Source: an uncultured Planctomycetia bacterium (GTDB lineage: Bacteria; Omnitrophota; Gorgyraeia; 2-02-FULL-51-18; JAGOUK01). From it: a stretch of 64,000 nucleotides of DNA. Every line of letters starts with the position of its first letter. The stretch's first letter is position 1. The notes beneath the pieces were generated by a model. That model saw only the letters and a program-made list of their open reading frames with translations. It did no database searches and was not told the origin of the DNA. Shown here in pieces: positions 9,547 through 19,440 of this stretch. The position numbers and the translations under genes were made by a program. The DNA is taken from positions 104,040 to 168,039 of the forward strand of contig CAYSFB010000004.1 of the NCBI GenBank assembly GCA_964430735.1, in the 5' to 3' direction.

Positions 9547-11948
9547 CTTCCCGGTTCCGGGCCGCCGCGGCCGCCATGTTTCTGACTGCCGCCCTTTCAG
9601 TATTCGGCGGTCCGGCCACGGCCGGAGAATCCGACGATTTTGTCCTCGTGACCAAGACCTTCGACGACCGTTTGTACGACCTGACCCGCACCCACGCCGA
9701 AGCCTTCGTGCAAAAGTATCCGGCTTCTCCCGAAGCGTCCCGCGCCCGGTTTTTGCTGGGGCGTTCGCTTTTCGAACTGAACCGGCCCGCCGAAGCGCTG
9801 ACCGTCTTCGAGGCGCTCGCGAAGACGCCCGGATTGACGGGCCTCAAGGATCAGGCGTTATTTTGGACGGGGGAGTGCTATTTCCGCCTCAAGGATTACA
9901 CGACCGCGATTCAGCGGTATCAGGTCATTCCTCAGGAGTTCCCGTCCTCGGACCTCGCGCCGATCGCACGCTATTCGATCGCGTGGTCGCTGGAGCGGCT
10001 GGGCAACGCCGCCGAAGCCACCGCCGCGTACGAAGAGCTGCTCGTCGCGCACCCGGACAGCCCCTACGCCGCGGACAGCCGGTTCAACATCGGCCGCCTC
10101 GCCTTCGAGCGCGCGGACTACGATCAGGCGGCCGACACGCTCCGGCGTTTCGTCCAGGATCACCCGCTGCACGCCAAGGCAGCGGAAGCGTATTACCTGC
10201 TCGGCGAGACGTATTTCAACCTCAAGGATTTTCCGGAAGCGCTCCGGTACTTCAAGTCCGTTCCGGCATCCGCGGACACGTCGGATTTCCACGTGTTTCT
10301 GCTGCATGGCCTCGCCTGGACCTATTTTCAGCTGGAGCGGTACCCGGAGAGTCTGGAGGCATTTTCGCCGTTCGTCGACGAGGTTAAAGGGAGCCCGATC
10401 GAGGATTCGTTTTTGTTCGGCCGCGCGCGGGTGCTGCAGAAGCTCAAGCGGTTCGATGAAGCGCTCGCGGCGTTCGAGGATGTGGAAAAGCGCTTTCCGG
10501 ATTCCGCGCTGGCGGACGACACGCTGTTTTGGGAAGGCGAAGCTTATTACGACCGAGGCGATTACGGAAAAGCGGCGTCCAAGTGGCGGCGGCTGCTCGA
10601 ACGTTTTGATGCCAGCGATCTGAAGGAAAAAACCCAGTACAATCTGGCTTGGGCCTGTTTTAAGCTCGACAACGACGAGGAGGCCGTCAAATATCTGTCG
10701 CTGGTCCGTCACCATGGCCGGGACCCCTATCTCCGGGTGTCCGCCGCCTGTCAAATCGGCGACACGCTCCTCGAGCGAGGCAAATACGCTGAGGCGATCG
10801 CCGTGTACGACGAAGTGCTGGGCGAATATCCGGATTCGGTGCTCTCCGATTACGCCCAATACCAGCTGGCCGGCGCTTTTTTGAAGTCGCGCAACACGGC
10901 CGGCGCCATCCTGGGCTATCAGGCGCTGATCCAGAATTATCCCCAAAGCGCCTACCGGGACGACGCGCTGTACGCGTTGGGCTTCGCTCAGATGTCCCAG
11001 AACGAACATCGTTCGGCGCTCGCTTCGTTTCAGGGACTCGTGCGCCAGTATCCTGAGAGTCCGCTCCGCCGCCGGGCCTATTACCAGACCGGCGTCTGCC
11101 AGCTGAACATCGGCGCTCATGACGAGGCGCTCAAGATTTTTTCGGAACTCAAATCCGGATCGCAGGACGGGGAGCTTGCGCTCCTGTCGGCGTTTCAGGA
11201 GGCCCAGGCGCTCATCAAGCTCGGCCGCCGTGCCGACGCGCTGCGGGTGCTGGAGCGGCTCATGCAGGACGCGCCCGGCTCGCGGCTGGCGCCCGAAGCG
11301 TTGCATCTGATCGGCGAAACGCTGCTCGAGGACGGCAGATTCAAGGAAGCGGCCGACGCGTTCGACCGTTTTACAGGTGAGTACCCGCGCCACGAGCTGG
11401 CGGACAACGCGCTGCTGCGGCTGGCCGAGGAAGCCGAGCGCGCCGGTCTCACCGACGCCGTGTCGCGGTATCATGAGTTGGTCCAGCGGTACCCGGCCGG
11501 GGACGCGGCTCCGGCGGCGGCCCGCCGCTACACCGAACTCTGCATCGGTTCCGGCCGCGTGCGGATGGCCAAGCGCGAGCTGCTCAAGTGGCACGGCGCG
11601 GCCAAAGATCCGGCGTTCAAGGCGATGCTGGCCGGCAAGCTGGGCGAAATTCTGAAGATCGAAGGCAGCCGGGACGAAGCTCTTTTTTATTTGAGGGAAG
11701 CGCTGACCGGCTCGGCCGAGCCGGACGCGGCGCGGATCCAGTTCCTAATCGGCGAGACGCTCGAAGAGAAGTCGGACTTTGAGGGGGCGGTCAGCGAATA
11801 TCTCAAGGTCGGGTACCTGTACCCGGCCGAACAAAAGTCCGCTCTGGAAGCGAACCGGCGCGCCGCCGCGATCCTCGAATCGCAGGGCCGCACGGCGGAA
11901 GCGGAACAGATTCTGGAAAAATCACAAACCGTCAACGGAGGGGAATAA
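9543..11948 (+). CDS. Secreted tetratricopeptide-repeat protein (YbgF/Tol-Pal-associated-like)
   Basis: There is a signal peptide, [27 protein letters not shown]. More than 15 TPR-like units repeat the pattern ...A.Y.LG.....G.Y..A...F.. Confidence 0.7.
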   Translation: MTSRFRAAAAAMFLTAALSVFGGPATAGESDDFVLVTKTFDDRLYDLTRTHAEAFVQKYPASPEASRARFLLGRSLFELNRPAEALTVFEALAKTPGLTGLKDQALFWTGECYFRLKDYTTAIQRYQVIPQEFPSSDLAPIARYSIAWSLERLGNAAEATAAYEELLVAHPDSPYAADSRFNIGRLAFERADYDQAADTLRRFVQDHPLHAKAAEAYYLLGETYFNLKDFPEALRYFKSVPASADTSDFHVFLLHGLAWTYFQLERYPESLEAFSPFVDEVKGSPIEDSFLFGRARVLQKLKRFDEALAAFEDVEKRFPDSALADDTLFWEGEAYYDRGDYGKAASKWRRLLERFDASDLKEKTQYNLAWACFKLDNDEEAVKYLSLVRHHGRDPYLRVSAACQIGDTLLERGKYAEAIAVYDEVLGEYPDSVLSDYAQYQLAGAFLKSRNTAGAILGYQALIQNYPQSAYRDDALYALGFAQMSQNEHRSALASFQGLVRQYPESPLRRRAYYQTGVCQLNIGAHDEALKIFSELKSGSQDGELALLSAFQEAQALIKLGRRADALRVLERLMQDAPGSRLAPEALHLIGETLLEDGRFKEAADAFDRFTGEYPRHELADNALLRLAEEAERAGLTDAVSRYHELVQRYPAGDAAPAAARRYTELCIGSGRVRMAKRELLKWHGAAKDPAFKAMLAGKLGEILKIEGSRDEALFYLREALTGSAEPDAARIQFLIGETLEEKSDFEGAVSEYLKVGYLYPAEQKSALEANRRAAAILESQGRTAEAEQILEKSQTVNGGE

Positions 11949-11952
11949 CGAT

Positions 11953-12585
11953 ATGTGGGATGCATTGCAAAAGGGCGGACCGATCATGTGGCCGATCCTG
12001 GTCTGTTCGGTCGTCGCGTTCATCATCGTCGTGGAGCGCGCGCTCTACCTGCGCCGCGTGACTATCGACACGCGTAAGTTCTCGGAGCAGATTTCGCGGT
12101 CGATCAAGCGCAACCGCATCATGGACGCGGTCGACCTGTGCGAAAAAACTCCCGGACCCGTCGCGCACATCATCAAGGAGGGTATCCTCAAGCATGATCG
12201 GACCCGCGCCGAAATCCGCGAAGCCGTCGAAGACGCCGCGCTCCACGAAGTGCCGATCCTCGAAAAGCGCCTGCCGGTGCTGGCGACGATCGCGCACATC
12301 GCCCCGCTGCTCGGCCTGCTCGGCACGGTGACCGGCATGGTCGAAGCCTTCCGCGTGATCCAGGAAAAGTCGTCCGCCGTCGCGCCGGTGAACCCGGGCG
12401 ACCTCGCCGGAGGCATCTGGGAAGCGCTGCTCACGACCGTGTTCGGCCTCTGCGTCGCGATCCCGACCTTCGTCGCGTACAACTACCTGACCAGCCGCGT
12501 GGACGGCCTCGTGCTCGACATGGAAAAGAGCGCGTCGGACCTCATGAACACGCTGTCCGAAAAACGCGACGTCAGCGAAGCCTAG
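11953..12585 (+). CDS. MotA/TolQ/ExbB proton-channel family protein
   Basis: An ATG follows a GGAGGGGA RBS. The sequence reads MWDALQKGGPIMWPILVCSVVAFIIVVERALYLRR ... LGLLGTVTGMVEAF. Confidence 0.85.
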   Translation: MWDALQKGGPIMWPILVCSVVAFIIVVERALYLRRVTIDTRKFSEQISRSIKRNRIMDAVDLCEKTPGPVAHIIKEGILKHDRTRAEIREAVEDAALHEVPILEKRLPVLATIAHIAPLLGLLGTVTGMVEAFRVIQEKSSAVAPVNPGDLAGGIWEALLTTVFGLCVAIPTFVAYNYLTSRVDGLVLDMEKSASDLMNTLSEKRDVSEA

Positions 12586-12604
12586 GCCGCGGAAGGAGAC
12601 CGTC

Positions 12605-13021
12605 ATGCGTTTTGAACGCCTCAAGCGAAGGACTTCGATCCACAAGGGCCAGCTGGACATTGCGCCGCTCATCGACGTGGTGTTCCTGCTGCTCATCTTT
12701 TTCATGCTGACGTCCAACTTCGTCCTTCAGCCCGGAATCAAGGTCCGGCTGCCGAAGGCCGTCACCAGCGAAATCATCGATTCCGAGAACCTGATCGTAT
12801 CGGTGACCGCGCAGGATCTGGTCTACCTCAATTACAAGCCCATCCAGTCCGCGGCTCTCCAGGATCTGCTGGAGGAAGCGGCGCGTAATCAGTCGAGCGT
12901 TCTCATCAAGTCGGATGTTGGCGCGTCCGTCGGCAAGATCGTCGAGATCTGGGACCTGTGCCGCCGTTCCGGGATCAGCAAGGTGAATATCGCGACCAAC
13001 CCGACGGGAAGCCAGAGTTGA
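12605..13021 (+). CDS. ExbD/TolR biopolymer transport protein
   Basis: The sequence reads QLDIAPLIDVVFLLLIFFMLTSNF and the size (138 aa) is typical. Confidence 0.85.
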   Translation: MRFERLKRRTSIHKGQLDIAPLIDVVFLLLIFFMLTSNFVLQPGIKVRLPKAVTSEIIDSENLIVSVTAQDLVYLNYKPIQSAALQDLLEEAARNQSSVLIKSDVGASVGKIVEIWDLCRRSGISKVNIATNPTGSQS

Positions 13022-13740
13022 TCGGGTTCTTCCGCGAAATTCAGGAGAGCCGGCCGCTCCGCACGGCGATCTTCGCGTCGCTGCTGTGGCACCTGGTGTG
13101 GCTGTTTGTCTTCGTCATCGACGTCAAGGACCCGTCGGTCAAGCCGAAGCTCGAGCCGAAGATCTATTTCGTCGGACCCATCCTCTCCGACGACGCGTTC
13201 AACCTGATCCTCGAGACCAAGCCCGAGTTCAGCACGACGGTGTACCGCTCGGACGGCCAGACGGCGCCGGAACTTGAGCCCCAGCCGCAGGAGATGGAGC
13301 GCGCGGATCCGGGCGATCTGGTCAGCGTCCCGCTCGGCCGCTCCACCTGGGAGTCGCTCCGCGGCCGGCTGAAGGAAGAAAAACCCTACCCCGACGTGCT
13401 GTTCCGCAAAAAGCTCCCCGTCGACTCCGTCCGCACACCGTTCCCGGTCAGCGGAGACGAGCTGGCGTCCCGGGGTCTCTTGACGGCGCCGGTGTTTCCG
13501 TCGCTGCCGGAACGGGGTGACGCTCGGGGAACGGATCCCGAATACGAGCTGACCGTGACGGGCACGGGGCTTGTCGGCGAGGTGCGTCAGTTGATTTCCA
13601 GCGGCGATCCGGAAACGGATCTGATTCTCACCCGTTATCTGAAGCAGTGGCAGTTCATCCCGCTGGAGGAGTCGCGCCGCGACGCCGCTCAGAAGGGGAG
13701 TGTCCGGATTCCTTTGGACGGCGGAAAGAAGCCCGCATGA
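13018..13740 (+). CDS. TonB-family energy transducer (C-terminal TonB domain)
   Basis: A TTG start overlaps the ExbD stop (TTGA). A short N-terminal tail precedes a TM helix (AIFASLLWHLVWLFVFVI). The C-terminus SSGDPETDLILTRYLKQWQFIP matches the TonB_C signature SSG..LD.AA..A...W.F.P. The start is uncertain; there is an upstream ATG at 12958. Confidence 0.5.
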   Translation: MIGFFREIQESRPLRTAIFASLLWHLVWLFVFVIDVKDPSVKPKLEPKIYFVGPILSDDAFNLILETKPEFSTTVYRSDGQTAPELEPQPQEMERADPGDLVSVPLGRSTWESLRGRLKEEKPYPDVLFRKKLPVDSVRTPFPVSGDELASRGLLTAPVFPSLPERGDARGTDPEYELTVTGTGLVGEVRQLISSGDPETDLILTRYLKQWQFIPLEESRRDAAQKGSVRIPLDGGKKPA

Positions 13741-13979
13741 TCCCCGTCGATTTTTCGACCGCAGTTCTGATCTATCTGCTGGTCACGCTGATCGGCGTGA
13801 TCGCCGTCTGGGTGCGATTTGAGCGCGGCGACGCGTTCAAAAAATACAACGTCCATCCCAAAGAGGTGTGGAATTGCTCGGTCTGCGCCTATACCTATGT
13901 CGATTCTCTGCACCGGGAACTTTCTAAATGCCCCCAGTGCCAGAGCTGGAACCGCCGGAACGAAGATGACGACAACTAA
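13737..13979 (+). CDS. Small membrane protein with a C-terminal CxxC...CxxC zinc ribbon
   Basis: MIPVDFSTAVLIYLLVTLIGVIAVW forms a TM segment, followed by CSVC...CPQC. The ATG overlaps the upstream stop (ATGA). Confidence 0.45.
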   Translation: MIPVDFSTAVLIYLLVTLIGVIAVWVRFERGDAFKKYNVHPKEVWNCSVCAYTYVDSLHRELSKCPQCQSWNRRNEDDDN

Positions 13980-14082
13980 CGGAGCGGCGATGGTCGCTTG
14001 GGATTCGAACGGCCGTTGTGCTAAAATATCCGCTCTTTGGATCGAGGTCGAACGCTCAGGCGTCCGTTGAACGGAGAACCCC

Positions 14083-14283
14083 ATGATCACGGAAATCGGT
14101 ATCGTCGCCGGCGAAATTTGGCACTTTTTGGACGAGAAGAAGGAAAGCACGCTTTCGGCACTGGTCGCAGGCATCGGCCGGGATCAGGACATCACCCTCA
14201 TGAGTCTGGGTTGGCTGGCCCGCGAAGGGCACGTCATCCTCTCCAAAGAGGGCAAGGATTACCGGATCCTGCTCCGGTTCTAA
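14083..14283 (+). CDS. Small hypothetical protein (winged-helix-like)
   Basis: This 66-aa ORF has coding-like composition. No confident homolog is recognised. Confidence 0.35.
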   Translation: MITEIGIVAGEIWHFLDEKKESTLSALVAGIGRDQDITLMSLGWLAREGHVILSKEGKDYRILLRF

Positions 14284-14287
14284 GCGC

Positions 14288-14605
14288 ATGACCGACGTCC
14301 GGGTGGTCCTCGTGACCTGCAAGGACGATGATCAGGCCGGCCGGATCGCGCGGAAGCTGGTCGAAGGAAAAATGGCCGCGTGCGTCAGTCTCGTTCCGCA
14401 GATTCGTTCTTTGTATGTCTGGCAGGGGAAGCTCGAGGAGGCGAAAGAAACGCTGCTCGTAGCCAAAACCCAGGCCCACCTCGTCAAACGTCTGGAAGCC
14501 TCGATCCGGGAGGACCATACGTACGAGTGTCCGGAAATCCTCTCGATGCCTGTGGACCAGGGGTTTGAACCCTATCTGTCCTGGGTCCGCGAGAGCACCT
14601 CATAA
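14288..14605 (+). CDS. cutA: Divalent-cation tolerance protein CutA
   Basis: The sequence VVLVTCKDDDQAGRIARKLVEGKMAACVSLVPQIRSLYVWQGKLEEAKETLLVAKT is typical of the CutA1 family. Confidence 0.8.
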   Translation: MTDVRVVLVTCKDDDQAGRIARKLVEGKMAACVSLVPQIRSLYVWQGKLEEAKETLLVAKTQAHLVKRLEASIREDHTYECPEILSMPVDQGFEPYLSWVRESTS

Positions 14606-14619
14606 ATACCCGTCTTTCA

Positions 14620-14695
14620 GGGGCTGTAGCTCAATTGGTAGAGCGCTTCGTTCGCAACGAAGAGGTCAGCGGTTCGATCCCGCTCAGCTCCACCA
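14620..14695 (+). tRNA. tRNA-Ala (anticodon CGC)
   Basis: The sequence ggggctg ta gctc aattggta gagc g cttcg ttCGCaa cgaag aggtc agcgg ttcgatc ccgct cagctcc a cca folds as a cloverleaf. A G3:U70 alanine identity pair is present and CCA is encoded. Confidence 0.85.
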
Positions 14696-14716
14696 CTTTA
14701 CCTGTTTGAGGGCGAG

Positions 14717-15973
14717 TTATTTTTTCAAGCCGTCAGGCCGAGCGTCTGAGCGGCCCGCCGCAGCCCCTCTGCGGCCGTAAAAATCCAAAAAAACATCCGC
14801 TACGAGAGAATGTCCCGCCTCATTCCAGTGAAAATCGCCTTTTATGAAATACTTCCGGATCAGCGCCCGCCTTTCTTCGCGCGTGCCGCCTTTGACGAAA
14901 ATCGGAAAGTAGTTTAAAAAATCCACGCCGCGTTCACGGCACCATTCCTTCCAGAATCTGACCTGAATCGAATCCAGATCGCCGCGTTGGATCTGGCGGG
15001 GCCACGGGTATACGGCGACCGTGAGGCGGATGCCGTTTTTTTGAAGCAATGCGTTCAACCGGTCCATGTGGCCGGCCGCACGCCGCAGACCCTCCCGACC
15101 GTATTCCCGGTAGACGTTTCCGCAGTAGGTCCAGCGATCCCGCACGCGCGAAGAGTGCTGTTCCGCGAAGAAGCGCCGCTTGTTCTCGAGAATCCGCTCC
15201 GGATCCGGGCGGTAAAGGAGTTTGTGCAGCGCCATGTACACGGTATCCGCGACGATAGTCCGGCCCGCTATGAAAGACAATAACTCGTGCACAGCCGTCC
15301 GCCGTTCAGATTGGGATTTTTTTAACTCGAGCGGGTCGAATTTTCCGATCACGCGATGATTGCTCAGCTTATAAATTTGAGCTTCGTCCTGGATGTCGCT
15401 GATATCGACGTAGACGACGGCTTCATCGAACTTCAGCCCCGCTTTTTCAATCAGGAATTCGATTTTTTTCCAATAGATGACGGGGGAGTAGCTGGACACA
15501 CCCGCATTGAGAACTTCGACGCCGGATCCGGACAGTTCCGAATCGATCCGGCCGACGAACGTATCGGGGTATTCGACCCCCACGCCTTCCGTGAACGAGT
15601 CGCCTATGAAAAGGATCCGGTGTTTGTCCGTGACCAGAGGAATATTGCGTACCGTGCGGTCTTTGAATCCCAGCGAGTTTGTGTGGATCCGATATTTGGC
15701 CTGTCCCCATATTTGCGTGGCGCCGGAGAGGTTCTTGGCCAGATCGTGATGATAAATATCCGATCGGACCCTTCCGAGGGGGTGCATGCGGCCCGGCGGG
15801 TTCATCCGATCGTGCCATTTGTAGCCCTTGACCGACCGGTAGACCTCCGCTGCAGTCATATCCATGCCGACGGTGACGGCGAGGATGGTCGCACACAGCA
15901 GCACCATGGACGCGAGCGGATGCCGCTCGAATCGGGTTCGATGATTGTGTGTCGGTGACGGACGCTGGTTCAT
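14717..15973 (-). CDS. SGNH/GDSL-family hydrolase with N-terminal membrane anchor; possible glycan O-acyl esterase or transferase
   Basis: There is a TM segment (MVLLCATILAVTVGM). An FIGDSFTEG block I contains the catalytic Ser, and a GDFHWNEAGH block V contains the Asp/His. It is transcribed divergently from the glycan locus. Confidence 0.7.
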   Translation of the reverse strand: MNQRPSPTHNHRTRFERHPLASMVLLCATILAVTVGMDMTAAEVYRSVKGYKWHDRMNPPGRMHPLGRVRSDIYHHDLAKNLSGATQIWGQAKYRIHTNSLGFKDRTVRNIPLVTDKHRILFIGDSFTEGVGVEYPDTFVGRIDSELSGSGVEVLNAGVSSYSPVIYWKKIEFLIEKAGLKFDEAVVYVDISDIQDEAQIYKLSNHRVIGKFDPLELKKSQSERRTAVHELLSFIAGRTIVADTVYMALHKLLYRPDPERILENKRRFFAEQHSSRVRDRWTYCGNVYREYGREGLRRAAGHMDRLNALLQKNGIRLTVAVYPWPRQIQRGDLDSIQVRFWKEWCRERGVDFLNYFPIFVKGGTREERRALIRKYFIKGDFHWNEAGHSLVADVFLDFYGRRGAAAGRSDARPDGLKK

Positions 15974-16092
15974 AACCGCAGTTTATTCGGAACCCCTTTG
16001 TTCAACAATGAGATTAGGCGCCGGCCGCCTAGTAATACTTACTAATGTCATGTATTATATATTATTGTATATTTAGATCTATAGGAGTTTAA

Positions 16093-17148
16093 ATGGGGAC
16101 ATTGTTGGTAACAGGCTCGTCCGGTCTCATCGGGTCTGAGGTGTGCCGTTATTTTGCCCGATCCGGATGGACCCTCCACGGAGTCGATAATAACCAGCGG
16201 ATGGTCTTTTTCGGTCCGGAAGGGGACACGCGCTGGATGGGTCGGCAACTTCAGGCATCCATCAAAGGCTTTGTGCTTCACGAGACGGATATCCGGGACC
16301 GCGAAGCGGTGTTGAAGCTGGTTGAGCGCATCCGCCCCGATGCAATCGTTCATGCGGCCGCTCAACCCAGCCACGACCGCGCCGCCTCGATCCCTTTCGA
16401 CGACTTCGACACCAATGCGGTCGGCACGCTGAATCTGCTCGAAGCGGTCCGGCGCCATGCCCCCCGGGCCCCGTTCGTTCACATGTCCACCAACAAGGTT
16501 TATGGGGACGCCCCCAATGAAATCCCTTTGACGGAACTTCCGTCCCGCTGGGATTATGCCGATCCGTCGTATGCGAACGGTATTCCGGAAACTTTCCGAA
16601 TCGACCGGTCCAAGCACTCTCTGTTCGGGGCTTCCAAGCTGGCTTCCGATATCCTGGTTCAGGAATACGGCCGCTACTTCGGAATGTTCACCTGCTGTCT
16701 CAGAGGAGGGTGTCTCACGGGTCCGGACCATTCCGGCGTCGAGCTTCACGGCTACTTGAGCTATCTGATCAAATGCAACCTGGAAGGACGTATCTACAAT
16801 ATCTACGGATATAAGGGCAAGCAGGTCCGGGATAATATCCATTCGTATGATGTCGCGCGCTTCATGGAGGCTTTTATCGAAAAACCCCGCATCGCCGAAG
16901 TTTATAATCTGGGGGGCGGAAAAGAGAATGCCTGTTCGATTCTTGAGGCATTTGAGCGGGTTCAAGCGCACACGGGCAAAGCGATGCGGTCCGAGTATAC
17001 GGATAAGCACCGCGAAGGCGACCACATCTGTTATTACAGCGACTTGCGTAAAATGAAGGCGCATTATCCGGGGTGGTCTGTGACGCGATCCTTGGACGAT
17101 ATTTTTTCCGAGATCGCGGAGGCATGGTCCCGGAGGCGCGTACTGTGA
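16093..17148 (+). CDS. NAD-dependent epimerase, CDP-paratose 2-epimerase (tyvelose epimerase) family
   Basis: The N-terminal Rossmann motif is [11 protein letters not shown]. The motifs [26 protein letters not shown] and GYKGKQVRD match the CDP-tyvelose 2-epimerase pattern. An AGGAG RBS is present. Confidence 0.75.
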   Translation: MGTLLVTGSSGLIGSEVCRYFARSGWTLHGVDNNQRMVFFGPEGDTRWMGRQLQASIKGFVLHETDIRDREAVLKLVERIRPDAIVHAAAQPSHDRAASIPFDDFDTNAVGTLNLLEAVRRHAPRAPFVHMSTNKVYGDAPNEIPLTELPSRWDYADPSYANGIPETFRIDRSKHSLFGASKLASDILVQEYGRYFGMFTCCLRGGCLTGPDHSGVELHGYLSYLIKCNLEGRIYNIYGYKGKQVRDNIHSYDVARFMEAFIEKPRIAEVYNLGGGKENACSILEAFERVQAHTGKAMRSEYTDKHREGDHICYYSDLRKMKAHYPGWSVTRSLDDIFSEIAEAWSRRRVL

Positions 17149-17173
17149 AGCCCGATCTGCAGAGCCGGCACCG

Positions 17174-18235
17174 ATGAGGGTCCTGATCACGGGCGCCGCG
17201 GGCTTTGTCGGAAGTCAGTTGGCAGAGGCGCTCCGTGCCGCATGCGCCGGGTTGAAACTGTTCGGTATCGATAATCTGAGCCGTAAGGGCAGCGAGATCA
17301 ACTTGGCGCGTCTTGCGCGCGCAGAATGCGCCTTTATCCGGGGGGACATCGGGCGCGCGGATGATGTTCGAAACCTGCCTGCCGCGGATTGGATCGTGGA
17401 TTGTGCGGCCGATCCGAGCGTGCAGGGAGGCATCAATTCCAGTTCCGAGCGCCTCGTATCCGACAATCTGATCGGCACATTGAATCTGCTTGAAAAATGC
17501 CGGCGCGATCATTGCGGGTTTGTCATGCTCAGCACGAGCCGGGTCTATTCGATCCATGATCTGCGGGCAATCCCTTTGTCCGGCTCGCCCGCGCGGTTCG
17601 ACCTCGATCCAGCCGGAAAATACCCGGCCGGCCTCACCTTGTCCGGAATATCCGAAAAATTCTCTACAGATTCGCCCCTGTCTCTCTACGGCGCGACCAA
17701 GCGCGCTTCGGAGATCATGGCATTGGAGTACGCCGCCGCCTTTGGATTCCCGGTCTGGATCGACCGGTGCAGCAACATCGCCGGCCCGGGCCAGTTCGGA
17801 AAACCTGATCAGGGCATCTACTCATTCTGGGTTTATCAGTGGCTGTTGGGGCGCCCCTTGCGATACACCGGGTTCGGGGGAGAGGGCAAACAAGTCCGGG
17901 ATCTCCTTGATGTCGCAGACCTTGCGCGGCTCGTTGTTCAGCAGGTGACCCGGCCGGCTCCGAAGGCTCCGCAAATCGTCAATGTCGGAGGGGGGGCGGA
18001 GCGATCCATCAGCCTCAAAGAACTTTCGGCATTTTGCGGGACCGCCCTAAAAGTTTCGCGCGAGGTCGTCTCCGAGCCCGATACGCATGCTTTTGATATC
18101 CCCTATTTTGTAACGGACAACCGCGCCGTCTCGGAGCATTGGGGTTGGCATCCCGAAATCCGATTGGATGAAACGCTCCGATCGATCGTCGAATGGGCGC
18201 GGGAACATAGGTCCCAAATCGAGTCGGGATTCTAA
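17174..18235 (+). CDS. Second CDP-paratose 2-epimerase-family NAD-dependent epimerase (paralog)
   Basis: The sequence contains ITGAAGFVGSQL, DNLSRKGSEINLARL, TLNLLEKCRR, STSRVYS and GEGKQVRD. Confidence 0.7.
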   Translation: MRVLITGAAGFVGSQLAEALRAACAGLKLFGIDNLSRKGSEINLARLARAECAFIRGDIGRADDVRNLPAADWIVDCAADPSVQGGINSSSERLVSDNLIGTLNLLEKCRRDHCGFVMLSTSRVYSIHDLRAIPLSGSPARFDLDPAGKYPAGLTLSGISEKFSTDSPLSLYGATKRASEIMALEYAAAFGFPVWIDRCSNIAGPGQFGKPDQGIYSFWVYQWLLGRPLRYTGFGGEGKQVRDLLDVADLARLVVQQVTRPAPKAPQIVNVGGGAERSISLKELSAFCGTALKVSREVVSEPDTHAFDIPYFVTDNRAVSEHWGWHPEIRLDETLRSIVEWAREHRSQIESGF

Positions 18236-18237
18236 TT

Positions 18238-19440
18238 ATGCACGGACGCGCGAATGCGCCGATTCGCATCCTCTATGTGTCCGCGATCACGCCCGACGAA
18301 TCGTGCGGGGCGCATTTGGCCATGTGCCGGCATCTGGTGCATCGCAAGAATTTTGATACGGCCGTGCTCAGCACGAATGCGGCGAATGCTCTGACGGACC
18401 GCAAGATGAGCCTGGCAGCCACGGGCATCAAACACCGTTTGCTGCATTCAAGGATCGCGGCTCTTGCCAATAACCTGGATTACGTCATGAACTGGTCGCG
18501 TCTGGACGGACGCGCGGTACGATTTGCCGCCGATGAGGCTCCGGATATCATCTTGTCTGTCCCGGATAATTGGCATCTGGGGGTGGCCGTACGGCTCGCA
18601 AAAAGACTCGGCAAGCCGCTCGCGCTGAACTTTCAGGACCTGAGCCCGATTTCGAATTATCTGCCCGGGTTCATGCGGCCATTTCCACCGGTCCGAAGCT
18701 ATTTAACCCGCATGTTCCGCCGCGCCCATCGTTCGGCGGACCTGGTTTTTTATACGAGCGAGGGGATGCGCGACTGGTTCGAGCCTCATCCGAATGGACA
18801 CATCCTCTATCCGATGGGGGATTGGGACCGGCCCGTGCCGGATCCGGCACGGCGGGCCGCAGCGCCGGGTGCGCGGTTCCGGGTGGTGTATGCCGGGAAT
18901 TGCTACGGGGCCTATGGACGCATGCTTCTGGGGTTAGCGCGTATGCTCAAGAATTCGGCTCATATCGATCTGAAGATTTATCCAGTCGGCGCCGGATGGG
19001 CGGAACGGGACATTCGGGAGATGAGGCAGGCGGGGATTTACCAGCATTTTCTGCCGTTTGGACAGTTGAGGCCTGAGTTGGAGAAAGCCGATGCTTTTTT
19101 GACGGCGATGAGCTTTGAACCGTCGGAAGCGCCTTTCGTCAAGACGAGCTTTACGACCAAATGGCTGGATTACGCTCCTTACGCCAGACCGATCGTCGTT
19201 TGGGCTCCGTCTTATTCGACGGCAGCCGGTTTTGCGGTCAAGAACGGCTGCGGTCTCGTGATCGACGATCCGGACCCGGTGCGGCTGGCTTCCGCTCTGC
19301 TGGATGTTTCGAGGGACGGCAGTTTACGGAGAACGTTGGGGGAGCAAGCGGCAGCTGTCTCCGAGACGCTGCTGAATCCGCGGCTGATCCACGGGGTGTT
19401 CGTCGATCAGATCACCCGTTTGGCGGGCCCGCGGACATGA
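18238..19440 (+). CDS. Putative GT-B fold glycosyltransferase (divergent)
   Basis: It sits among sugar-modification genes. A C-terminal VVYAGNCYGAYG...IYP...ERDIREM segment resembles a GT4-like nucleotide-sugar binding half. Similarity is weak. Confidence 0.4.
   Translation: MHGRANAPIRILYVSAITPDESCGAHLAMCRHLVHRKNFDTAVLSTNAANALTDRKMSLAATGIKHRLLHSRIAALANNLDYVMNWSRLDGRAVRFAADEAPDIILSVPDNWHLGVAVRLAKRLGKPLALNFQDLSPISNYLPGFMRPFPPVRSYLTRMFRRAHRSADLVFYTSEGMRDWFEPHPNGHILYPMGDWDRPVPDPARRAAAPGARFRVVYAGNCYGAYGRMLLGLARMLKNSAHIDLKIYPVGAGWAERDIREMRQAGIYQHFLPFGQLRPELEKADAFLTAMSFEPSEAPFVKTSFTTKWLDYAPYARPIVVWAPSYSTAAGFAVKNGCGLVIDDPDPVRLASALLDVSRDGSLRRTLGEQAAAVSETLLNPRLIHGVFVDQITRLAGPRT

Noticed and set aside
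9858-11594. 578-aa minus-strand ORF antisense to the TPR protein gene
   Set aside because: Same GC artefact. The plus strand carries TPR repeats and a signal peptide with coherent codon usage.
12958-13017. Upstream ATG start (12958) for the TonB-like gene, as given by the ORF track
   Set aside because: It would overlap exbD by 64 nt and add a hydrophilic 20-aa extension. The TTG at 13018 overlaps the exbD stop (TTGA) and yields the typical TonB short tail plus TM helix. Confidence remains moderate.
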